A DNA stretch of 39,237 nucleotides from Armatimonadota bacterium (GTDB lineage: Bacteria; Sysuimicrobiota; Sysuimicrobiia; Sysuimicrobiales; Kaftiobacteriaceae): positions 1 to 39,237 of the forward strand of contig JBBIUY010000028.1 of NCBI GenBank assembly GCA_037440005.1. The letters are read 5' to 3'. Below, one piece after another: positions 32,371 to 39,237 of this stretch. The position numbers and the translations under genes are program-made. Below the pieces are notes generated by a model. That model was not told the origin of the DNA. It made no database searches and saw only the letters and a list, made by a program, of their open reading frames with translations. Every line of letters begins with the position of its first letter. Position 1 is the stretch's first letter.

Positions 32371-32691
32371 ATGAGCGGGACGGCGAAGGCGGCGGCGTGC
32401 CTTGTGGCGGTGGCGCTGCTGGTGGCCGGTCTGGCGGCGGCTCCGGCCGCCGGTCCGGTCCGCCCGGCGGGCAGCTGGCACCTGGCTCTGCCCTGGTCGG
32501 TGAAGACGGCGTGGGCGTACGGGTGGAGTCCGTACGACCGCACGCTGGAGACGGCCATCCGGGTCGCCATCTTCGTGGAGCTGGCGCGGCAGTTCACCAT
32601 GAACCTGAACCGCCTGGTGGCCGAACAGGTCGGCCGGGCCATCAAGGACTTCGTGGACGACGTCCGCCGCGGCCGCGAACGGGACCGCTAG
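32371..32691 (+). CDS. Hypothetical secreted or membrane-anchored protein (106 aa)
   Basis: Strong SD GAGGAGG, an N-terminal signal-peptide-like hydrophobic stretch, and codon usage like its neighbours. Confidence 0.6.
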   Translation: MSGTAKAAACLVAVALLVAGLAAAPAAGPVRPAGSWHLALPWSVKTAWAYGWSPYDRTLETAIRVAIFVELARQFTMNLNRLVAEQVGRAIKDFVDDVRRGRERDR

Positions 32692-32715
32692 AGCCCGGGG
32701 GCAGTCCGCGGTCAG

Positions 32716-32762
32716 GCCCGCGGGCCCACCCACCCGCCGGTGGGGCGGGTGGGCCCGCGGGC
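32716..32762. terminator. 16-bp perfect inverted repeat (stem-loop)
   Basis: GCCCGCGGGCCCACCC (32716-32731) pairs with GGGTGGGCCCGCGGGC (32747-32762). There is no U-tract. Confidence 0.55.
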
Positions 32763-32781
32763 GGGACAGGGGGGATCGCCG

Positions 32782-32958
32782 ATGGGGTGGGGCCAGCTGC
32801 CGTACACCGTGCCGTCGCTGGTGGGCGTCGCGGTCGCGGTGGCGCTGATCATGGGGGTGGAACGACTGACCGACAACGGGTGGCTCCGGGTGGTCATCTA
32901 CGCGGGCATCCTGCTGGCGTTGGAGATGAAAGACCGCCTCTTCCGGCCCCGGGCGTAG
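32782..32958 (+). CDS. Small two-helix membrane protein (58 aa)
   Basis: ATG after AGGGGGGA. Two hydrophobic segments (LVGVAVAVALIMGV and WLRVVIYAGILLAL). Confidence 0.55.
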   Translation: MGWGQLPYTVPSLVGVAVAVALIMGVERLTDNGWLRVVIYAGILLALEMKDRLFRPRA

Positions 32959-33047
32959 AATGCCGCCGGGACCTCGTCCGGCCCTCCGGGGCAGGCGGGG
33001 ACACCGGGGCGTCCTGAGGTCGGGGGAGGTGCGGGCTGGCTGTGGCC

Positions 33048-33764
33048 ATGGGGCAGGTCCGGATCGGGACGTCGGGGTGGGTGTACCCGCACTGGCGCGG
33101 CAGGTTCTACCCGGCGGACGCGCCGCAACAGCGGTGGCTGGAGTACTACGCCCGGCACTTCGACACGGTGGAGGTCAACAACACCTTCTACCGGCTTCCG
33201 GCGGCGCGGGCGTTCGACGCGTGGGCGCGGCGGGTGCCGGCGGGGTTCCTGTTCGCCCTCAAGGCCAGCCGGTTCATCACCCACGTCAAGCGCCTGCGGG
33301 GGGCCGCGGCGCCGGTGCGGACGTTTCTGGGGAGGGCCGGGCGCCTGGGCGACAGGCTGGGGCCGATCCTGTTCCAGCTCCCGCCGCGCTGGAAGGCCGA
33401 CCCGGCGCGGCTGGAGGCCTTCCTGCGGGTGCTGCCGGCCGGGCGCCGGTACGCCCTGGAGTTCCGCGACCCGACCTGGCACGTCCGAGAGGTCTTCGAC
33501 CTGCTGGCCGCTCATCACGTGGCCTACTGCATCATGGTGGGGTTGGAGCCGACCCGGGAGGAGGCCACCGCCGACTTCGTCTACATCCGGTTTCACGTCC
33601 CTCCCACCGGGGTAGAGTTCGGCCGCGCCCGCCTGCGCCGGTGGGCGGAGGCCCTCCGCCGGCTGGGCGGGGGGACCCGGGACATCTACGCGTACTTCAA
33701 CAACGACGCCGAGGGGGCCGCGGTGCGGGACGCGCTGGCGCTGCAGGAGCTGCTGGGGGCGTGA
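33048..33764 (+). CDS. DUF72 domain protein (YecE/UPF0759 family)
   Basis: IGTSGW, FDTVEVNNTFYRLP, KASRFITH, LFQLPP, LEFR, YIRFH and YFNND. The start could instead be GTG 33042. Confidence 0.9.
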   Translation: MGQVRIGTSGWVYPHWRGRFYPADAPQQRWLEYYARHFDTVEVNNTFYRLPAARAFDAWARRVPAGFLFALKASRFITHVKRLRGAAAPVRTFLGRAGRLGDRLGPILFQLPPRWKADPARLEAFLRVLPAGRRYALEFRDPTWHVREVFDLLAAHHVAYCIMVGLEPTREEATADFVYIRFHVPPTGVEFGRARLRRWAEALRRLGGGTRDIYAYFNNDAEGAAVRDALALQELLGA

Positions 33765-33783
33765 CCGCGGCGGGAGGGCAGGG

Positions 33784-34365
33784 ATGGGACGTCCGGATGT
33801 AGCCCGGGAGGCCATCGCACTGGCGGTGCTGCGCGCCGCCCTGAAAAGTCAGTATCACGCCGCCCTGACGATGCTGGGGCAGGCGATCCGACGCTGCCCC
33901 GAGGACCTGTGGCGCCGGCGGGACGGCCACGCCAACCCCTTTTGGCGGATCGCCTACCACACCCTGTACTACACCCACCTGTACCTGATGCCGACCAACC
34001 GGTCTTTCCGCCCGTGGGAGAACCATCAGCCGGGCATCCAGCGGCTGGAAGCGCCCCTGGGGACCCGGCGGCCGTACGGAAAAGAGGAGGTGCTGGCCTA
34101 CTGGCAGGCCTGCCGGGAGATGGTCGACGGCGCCGTGGACGCCATGGACCTGTCCGCCCCGCGCAGCGGATTCCGGTGGTACCGCATGTCCAAGCTGGAG
34201 CACCAGATCGTCAACATCCGGCACATCCAGTATCACCAGGCCCAGCTGGCCGACAGGCTGCGGAAGGCCACCGGCGAGGGCGTGAACTGGTCCGGGGCCG
34301 GTCGCAAGGGATCGCCCCGGCGCCGTGGTGTCCGGATACGGCGGAGGACTACCCGCGCGGAATGA
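33784..34365 (+). CDS. DinB/YfiT family helical-bundle protein
   Basis: AIRRCPEDLW, FWRIAYHTLYY and NIRHIQYHQAQL give a His triad typical of DinB-like metal-binding proteins. Confidence 0.75.
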   Translation: MGRPDVAREAIALAVLRAALKSQYHAALTMLGQAIRRCPEDLWRRRDGHANPFWRIAYHTLYYTHLYLMPTNRSFRPWENHQPGIQRLEAPLGTRRPYGKEEVLAYWQACREMVDGAVDAMDLSAPRSGFRWYRMSKLEHQIVNIRHIQYHQAQLADRLRKATGEGVNWSGAGRKGSPRRRGVRIRRRTTRAE

Positions 34366-34411
34366 AGGCGGGCCTGTACGCGGAGCCGCACGGTCGCGGG
34401 AACGCCGCCGA

Positions 34412-34485
34412 TGGCTGGGGGAGGAGGATTCGAACCCCCGCTAACGGGTCCAGAGCCCGTCGTCCTACCGCTAGACGATCCCCCA
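34412..34485 (-). tRNA. tRNA-Gln (anticodon CTG)
   Basis: The reverse complement TGGGGGATCGTCTAGCGGTAGGACGACGGGCTCTGGACCCGTTAGCGGGGGTTCGAATCCTCCTCCCCCAGCCA folds as a cloverleaf, with anticodon loop CT-CTG-GA, TTCGAA T-loop and an encoded CCA. Confidence 0.97.
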
Positions 34486-34495
34486 GCGCACGTTC

Positions 34496-34524
34496 ATTAT
34501 AAAAATCCACCCCCCGGCGGTCAA
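34496..34524 (-). promoter_or_regulatory. Sigma70-type promoter of tRNA-Gln: TTGACC-17-TATAAT
   Basis: On the - strand, TTGACC (34524-34519), a 17-nt spacer and TATAAT (34501-34496), 10 nt upstream of the tRNA 5' end. Confidence 0.85.
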
Positions 34525-34692
34525 CGAAACGACGCCCGCGTCCGGTCGGCGGTGTCTAGCGCGCGCTGCCCACGGGCAGGCAGAAGTCGGAAGCGTCGTC
34601 CGCCGCGTGTCCCCCCGACCGGCCTGCACCGTCGCTGCGTGCCCGGGCCGTGGCGCGTCGCCGCAGGCGGCGGGAAGGGAGAAGGCGTGGGC

Positions 34693-35313
34693 ATGCACCA
34701 GCTGAAGGTCGGCGAACGGGTACTGGTGGAGGTGGTCTCCACCGGGGAGTCCTATCCGGGGGAAGTGCTCGCACTCGACGGTGCGTCGGTGCGCCTCCTG
34801 ACCGCCATGCGAGGGGAGACCCCGCTGCCGGGCACGCCGGTGCGGGTCATCTTCGTCCGCCGGGACGGGCTGTACGAGGACGACGGCACCGTGGTCGGGG
34901 CGGGGGAGGCGCCGGAGCCGGCCCTGACCGTCCGGCTGGCCGGAGACCCTACCCAGACCCAGCGTCGGGACTACGTCCGCCAGGATGCCAGCCTCAACGC
35001 CGACCTGCTGGCCGGGAACCGGTCCTACCGGGCGGTCACCAAGGACGTGAGCGGGGGCGGCGTCAGCCTGCTGTTCACCGACCCGCCGCCCCTGGCTGAG
35101 GAGGACGAGTTCGACATCGTCCTCAACGTTCCCGACGGCCGCCAGCCCATTCGGGCCCGCTGCCGGGCCAAGCACGTGCGCGAGGTCCTGGGGGGGTCCC
35201 GGTGGCTGGTGGGCAGCCAGTTCGCCGCCATCGCCGAGGACGACCGCCAGCGACTCGTGCGCTTCGTCTTCCGCCTGGAGCTGGCCCAGCGCCGGCTGCT
35301 GGCCCGCAAGTAG
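34693..35313 (+). CDS. PilZ domain c-di-GMP-binding protein (YcgR/DgrA-like two-domain layout)
   Basis: ATG at 34693. N-terminal barrel-like domain, then the RxxxR motif (QRRDYVR) and DxSxxG motif (DVSGGG). Confidence 0.85.
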   Translation: MHQLKVGERVLVEVVSTGESYPGEVLALDGASVRLLTAMRGETPLPGTPVRVIFVRRDGLYEDDGTVVGAGEAPEPALTVRLAGDPTQTQRRDYVRQDASLNADLLAGNRSYRAVTKDVSGGGVSLLFTDPPPLAEEDEFDIVLNVPDGRQPIRARCRAKHVREVLGGSRWLVGSQFAAIAEDDRQRLVRFVFRLELAQRRLLARK

Positions 35314-35349
35314 CCCCGCCCGGCTTTCCCCCGAAGGCGGGATGGTGTA

Positions 35350-35904
35350 TCATCGAGGTGCCGCCACGACCTCCGGTTTGAGGACCCCGATGAACGGGAG
35401 GTTGCGGTACAGCTGGCGGTAGTCGAGGCCGTAGCCCACCACGAACTCGTCGGGCACCTCAAACCCCCGGTACCGAATCGGGAGCGTGTCGACGATCCGC
35501 CGGGCGGTCTTGTCCAGCAGGGTGCAGATGCACAGGCTGGCCGGATCCCGGGCCCGCAGGGTCCGGAGCAGGTAGCTGGCGGTCAGGCCCGTGTCGATGA
35601 TGTCCTCGACCAGAATGACGTGGCGGCCGGTGATCTGCTCGTCCAGGTCCTTGATGAGCCGCACCGCGCCGCTGGTGGCCTGCTGGTCGCCGTAGGACGT
35701 GATGGCCATGAAGTCGATGACGATGGGGATGCTGATGGCGCGGGTCAGGTCGGCCATGAAGTACAGGGCGCCTTTGAGCACGCTGACCAGGACGGGGGTG
35801 GTGCCGGCGTAGTCCCGGGAGATCTCGGCGCCGAGCTGGCGGATCCGGTCCTGCAGGCGCGCCTCGGGGATCAGGACCCGGGCGATGTCCTCGGCGAGGG
35901 CCAT
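35350..35904 (-). CDS. hpt: Hypoxanthine phosphoribosyltransferase
   Basis: VLKGALYFMADL, SYG, PRPP loop ILVEDIIDTGLT, LLDK and FVVGYGLDY..YRNLP. The ATG overlaps the upstream TGA. Confidence 0.95.
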   Translation of the reverse strand: MALAEDIARVLIPEARLQDRIRQLGAEISRDYAGTTPVLVSVLKGALYFMADLTRAISIPIVIDFMAITSYGDQQATSGAVRLIKDLDEQITGRHVILVEDIIDTGLTASYLLRTLRARDPASLCICTLLDKTARRIVDTLPIRYRGFEVPDEFVVGYGLDYRQLYRNLPFIGVLKPEVVAAPR

Positions 35905-36281
35905 CAGGACGAGGAGCGCGCGGCCGGCCGGGTGAGGCCGTATTTGAACAGCAGATTGCGGTAGTCCCGACCGTAGAAGATCTTCACCCGGACGTGGGGG
36001 TACAGCTCCCGCAGCCGGCGCAGCTTGCGGTTCTTCTTGGTCACCAGGCTCTGCTTGAGGGTGGTCAGCTCGATGTACAGGTCCAGGTCGGGGAGGTAGA
36101 AGTCGGGGTTGAAGCTCTCCACAACCCGTCCCTGGGCGTCCCATCGGAGGGGGAAACTGCGGGGTTCGTACTCCCACCGGATGCCGTAGAAGTCCAGGAG
36201 ACGGGCGAACTCGGCTTCGCTGGCGTGGGCGAAACGGGGGCGCGGTGCAGCAGCGGCTCCCGGATGTATGCGTTCCGTCAC
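35904..36281 (-). CDS. Small conserved protein with PD-(D/E)xK nuclease-like motifs
   Basis: GTG after GGAGGTG. SEAEFARLLDFYGIRWEYEP, FNPDFYLP and YIELTT; TGATG overlap with hpt. Confidence 0.75.
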   Translation of the reverse strand: MTERIHPGAAAAPRPRFAHASEAEFARLLDFYGIRWEYEPRSFPLRWDAQGRVVESFNPDFYLPDLDLYIELTTLKQSLVTKKNRKLRRLRELYPHVRVKIFYGRDYRNLLFKYGLTRPAARSSS

Positions 36282-36364
36282 CGGGGGAGATCCACCTCCG
36301 ACGGATGGCCGGGCGCGGGCCCCGTCCGGACCGCGGGCCCCCGCCGCCGGGCCGGTTTGGGATC

Positions 36365-36393
36365 AGTATACCGGCGCGCCGGGGGCGATGCAA
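36365..36393 (-). promoter_or_regulatory. Sigma70-type promoter TTGCAT-17-TATACT for the PD-(D/E)xK-like/hpt pair
   Basis: On the - strand, TTGCAT (36393-36388), a 17-nt spacer and TATACT (36370-36365). Confidence 0.7.
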
Positions 36394-36448
36394 GCAGAGG
36401 AGTCTTCCCCCGCCCGGGAGAAGATTACTCAGATAAAAGGAGGCCATC

Positions 36449-37615
36449 GTGGCCGACCCGACCCCTATCTCGGATGCCGAACTGCAGCGGCTGCTGGCGC
36501 AGCTGCGCAGCCACGACGTGACCGTGCGCAGCGACGCCGCCCTGCAGCTGGGCAAGCTGGGCGACGAGCGGGCGGCCCAGGCCCTCATCGAGGCCCTGGC
36601 CGATCCCGACGAGTACGTCCGCAAGAGCGCCGTCACCGCCCTCCGGCGCATCGGGGGGCCTGTGGCCATGGAGGGGCTGCGCCGGGCCCTGGCCGACCGG
36701 TCCGAGCAGGTGGTCCTCCAGGCCGTCAACGGCCTGCGGGACATGCGCGACCGGGACGCCGTGGAGCCCCTCATCCGGGTGCTGACCCGGCGGGAGCGCT
36801 CCCTGCAGCTGGCGGCGACCGACGCCCTGATCCGGATCGGGGCCGATGCGGTCCTGCCCCTGATGGGCGCCTTCCGGGACCGCGCCCTGCGTCGGCGGAT
36901 CGGCAACCAGATCTGGAAGATCCTGGTGGAGATAGGGACCCGGGCCATCGACCCGCTGCTGACCCTGCTCCGGGACGACAACCAGTACGTGCGGGTCACG
37001 GCCATCACCGTGCTGGGGCGCATCGGGGACAAGCGGGTGGCCGCCCCTCTGGTGCACCTGTTCCTGGACGATCCGGGGATGCAGGAGGCGGTGGTGGCCA
37101 CCCTGGGCCGCCTGGAAGAGCGGCGGGTGCTGGAGCCTCCCGCCACCCAGCCGACGGACCGGGAGATCCTGCTGCCGTCCGAGGTGGTGGAGGCCTTCGC
37201 GGCCCGGCCGCGGGAGCAGGTGGCGGGCGTCCTGGAGGAGGCCCTGCGCAACCCCAGCCCCAAGGTCCGCCGGTTTGCCCTCAAGGCCAGCTATGCCCTC
37301 TTTGGGGAGGCGGCCCTGGATCGGTTGGTGGCGGCCCTGCAGGACGACGACATCGACGTTAAGCGCCTGGCCATCCGGCTGATGGCCAAGATCCGCAACA
37401 AGCGGGTCATCGACCCGCTGGTGCAGCTGATCCTGCACGACGGGGAGCAGGTGGAGGAGGCGGCCTGGAACACCCTCAAGGTGCTCACCGACCTGCGGGA
37501 GTACGAGGAACTGCGCGCCCGGGTGGCCAAGGAACGGTCGGGGACGCGGCCCGCCGTGCGCACGTACACCCGCACCAAGGACGTGTCCCCCGACTGGTGG
37601 CGCGAGCAGGACTAG
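36449..37615 (+). CDS. HEAT repeat (PBS-lyase/HEAT_2-like) protein
   Basis: SD AAAGGAGG. Repeated ~31-aa units such as VRSDAALQLGKLGDERAAQALIEALADPD and VRVTAITVLGRIGDKRVAAPL. Confidence 0.85.
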   Translation: MADPTPISDAELQRLLAQLRSHDVTVRSDAALQLGKLGDERAAQALIEALADPDEYVRKSAVTALRRIGGPVAMEGLRRALADRSEQVVLQAVNGLRDMRDRDAVEPLIRVLTRRERSLQLAATDALIRIGADAVLPLMGAFRDRALRRRIGNQIWKILVEIGTRAIDPLLTLLRDDNQYVRVTAITVLGRIGDKRVAAPLVHLFLDDPGMQEAVVATLGRLEERRVLEPPATQPTDREILLPSEVVEAFAARPREQVAGVLEEALRNPSPKVRRFALKASYALFGEAALDRLVAALQDDDIDVKRLAIRLMAKIRNKRVIDPLVQLILHDGEQVEEAAWNTLKVLTDLREYEELRARVAKERSGTRPAVRTYTRTKDVSPDWWREQD

Positions 37616-37638
37616 CAGGCCGCGCCGACGACGCGCCG

Positions 37639-38193
37639 ATGGAACGGACCGTCGGCCGCACGCTCCTCCGGGTCCAGCGGGGCGACATCACCCAGGTGGC
37701 GGTGGACGCCGTCGTCAACGCCGCCAACACCCATCTGCGGATGGGGGGCGGGGTGGCGGGGGCGATCAAGCGCGCCGGCGGGGCCGAGATCGAGCGGGAG
37801 GCGGTGGCCCACGGTCCCATCGGCGCGGGCGAGGCGGTGGCCACGGGCGCGGGGCGGCTGCCGTGCCGGTACGTGATCCACGCCGCCACCATGGGGCCTG
37901 ACCTGGTCACCAGCGCCGACCTCATCCGGCGGGCCACCCGCAGCAGCCTGGCTGTGGCCGAACGGCTGCAGGTGGCCTCGGTGGCCTTCCCCGCCCTGGG
38001 CACGGGGGTGGGCGGGTTTCCCATGGACGAGGCCGCTCGCCTGATGGTCCGGGAGGTGGTGGCTCACCTCCAGGCCGGTCCCACGACGCTGCGGGACATC
38101 CTGTTCGTGGTGACCACCGACGACGCGCGCCGCGCCTTCGAGGCGGCCCTGGCGGAAGTCCCGGAGACCGGCGCCTCCTCAGGGAAGTCATGA
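37639..38193 (+). CDS. Macro domain protein (ADP-ribose binding or hydrolase, MacroD-like)
   Basis: GDIT, DAVVNAAN..L.MGGGVAGAI, GEAVATGAGRL..RYVIHA and AFPALGTGVGGF. Confidence 0.9.
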   Translation: MERTVGRTLLRVQRGDITQVAVDAVVNAANTHLRMGGGVAGAIKRAGGAEIEREAVAHGPIGAGEAVATGAGRLPCRYVIHAATMGPDLVTSADLIRRATRSSLAVAERLQVASVAFPALGTGVGGFPMDEAARLMVREVVAHLQAGPTTLRDILFVVTTDDARRAFEAALAEVPETGASSGKS

Positions 38194-38519
38194 CCGAACA
38201 CGTGGTGGTGTTGGTGACCGTGGGGAATCCGGAGGAGGCCCGCCGGATCGGCCGGGCCCTGGTGGAAGAGCGCCTGGCCGCCTGCGTCAACGTGGTGGCG
38301 GGGGTCGCGTCCACCTACTGGTGGCAGGGGCGCATCGAGGACGCCGGCGAACTGCTGCTGGTGTGCAAGACGCGCCGGGACCGGGTGGAAGCCCTGACTG
38401 CCCGGGTCCGGGCGCTGCACTCCTACACCGTCCCCGAGGTGATCGCCCTGCCGGTGGTGGCGGGCAACCCCGCCTACCTCTCCTGGATCGACGACTCCCT
38501 GGGCGCCGGACCCCCGTGA
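38190..38519 (+). CDS. cutA: CutA (divalent-cation tolerance, PII-like) protein
   Basis: LVEERLAACVN, STYWWQG and LHSYTVPEVIALP..GNPAYLSW; ATGA overlap with the macrodomain gene. Confidence 0.93.
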   Translation: MTEHVVVLVTVGNPEEARRIGRALVEERLAACVNVVAGVASTYWWQGRIEDAGELLLVCKTRRDRVEALTARVRALHSYTVPEVIALPVVAGNPAYLSWIDDSLGAGPP

Positions 38520-39235
38520 TCAAGGTCGGGTGCTGCGGGTTTCCCCGGGCGTTTGACCTCTACGTGCGGACCTTCCGGCTGGTGGAGATCCAGCAGACCT
38601 TCTACCGCCTGCCCCGCGTGTCCACCGTGCGCCGGTGGCGGGAGCGGGCTCCGGAGGGGTTTGAGTTCACCATGAAGGCCTGGCAGCTGATCACCCACCC
38701 GCCCACCAGCCCCACCTACCGGAGGCTGGGGCGGGCCATCCCCCCGCGGGCGGCCGGGCGCTACGGGGGGTTCCGCCCCTCCCGGGAAGTGCTGGAGGCG
38801 TGGGAGGCCACCCGGGAGGTGGCCCGGGCCCTGGGCGCCACCGTGGTGGTGTTCCAGTGCCCCGCCAGCTTTGCGCCCACGCCGGAGAACACCTCCCGGC
38901 TGCGGGCGTTCTTCACCACCATCGACCGGGGAGGCCTGCGGCTGGGGTGGGAGCCCCGGGGGGCGTGGGATCCGGCGGTGGTGGCGCGCCTGTGCGCCGA
39001 ACTGGACCTGATCCACTGCACCGACCCCTTCACCCTGCCGCCCGCTCCGGGCCCGATCCGCTACTTCCGGCTCCACGGCCGGACGGGCTACCGGTACCGG
39101 TACACCGACGAGGACCTGGAGCAGCTGCGCCGGTGGTGCGGCGCCCGGCGGGTGACGTTCTACGTGCTGTTCAACAACGTGGCCATGTGGGAGGACGCCC
39201 GCCGCTTCGCCTCCCTGGTCGGCCGTCCGTCCTAG
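38516..39235 (+). CDS. DUF72 domain protein (second paralog, GCCGF-type)
   Basis: GTGA overlap with cutA. IKVGCCGF, VEIQQTFY, KAWQLITH, FQCPASF, WEPRG, YFRLHG and YVLFNN. Confidence 0.88.
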   Translation: MIKVGCCGFPRAFDLYVRTFRLVEIQQTFYRLPRVSTVRRWRERAPEGFEFTMKAWQLITHPPTSPTYRRLGRAIPPRAAGRYGGFRPSREVLEAWEATREVARALGATVVVFQCPASFAPTPENTSRLRAFFTTIDRGGLRLGWEPRGAWDPAVVARLCAELDLIHCTDPFTLPPAPGPIRYFRLHGRTGYRYRYTDEDLEQLRRWCGARRVTFYVLFNNVAMWEDARRFASLVGRPS

Positions 39236-39237
39236 CG

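Noticed and set aside
32200..34411. Possible genomic island integrated at the tRNA-Gln 3' end
   Set aside because: No integrase, no duplicated tRNA 3' end that I could find, and composition and codon usage match the flanks.
34411..34692. N-terminal extension of the PilZ ORF (MAGGGGFEPPLTGPEP...)
   Set aside because: It is the antisense translation of tRNA-Gln and its promoter. The real start is ATG 34693.
35314..35349. Bidirectional terminator between the PilZ gene and hpt
   Set aside because: Only a 6-bp stem (CCCGCC/GGCGGG) with a long loop and no U-tract, too weak to call.
35905..37284. 644-aa - strand ORF read as a long Hpt fusion
   Set aside because: Only the last 184 aa are Hpt. The upstream part overlaps the 125-aa gene in another frame and runs antisense to the HEAT gene.

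Overview
High-GC bacterial chromosomal segment (roughly 70% GC by eye), gene-dense and almost entirely on the + strand. It carries mostly core or housekeeping genes. I see no integrase, transposase, prophage or CRISPR array. Gene order: AapJQMP-type amino acid ABC transporter; CNNM/CorC protein - DUF502 - cdd - era - soluble MgtE-like (PRC/MgtE_N/CBS) protein - Nramp-related transporter - recO - small DUF4342-like protein - glyQ - glyS - ppdK - dGTPase; csp - hpf - hypothetical - secA - lnt fused to a degenerate CPBP (CAAX/Abi) domain - prfB with its +1 frameshift; DUF5693 - csaB; spoVS (sigmaH-like promoter) - Prs homolog lacking the catalytic Lys - gltX; two small orphans, DUF72, DinB; tRNA-Gln(CTG) on the - strand; a PilZ protein; a - strand pair of a small PD-(D/E)xK-like protein coupled to hpt; and a divergent HEAT repeat - macrodomain - cutA - DUF72 operon. 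Firmicutes-like synteny together with high GC, lnt, csaB and spoVS suggests a Terrabacteria lineage such as Armatimonadota/CSP1-3 (inference only). The best candidates for undescribed biology are the Lnt-pseudo-CPBP fusion, the PD-(D/E)xK-like/hpt pair with the divergent HEAT-macro-CutA-DUF72 operon, and the apparent Prs pseudoenzyme. All family assignments come from recognising motifs by eye, not from database searches.
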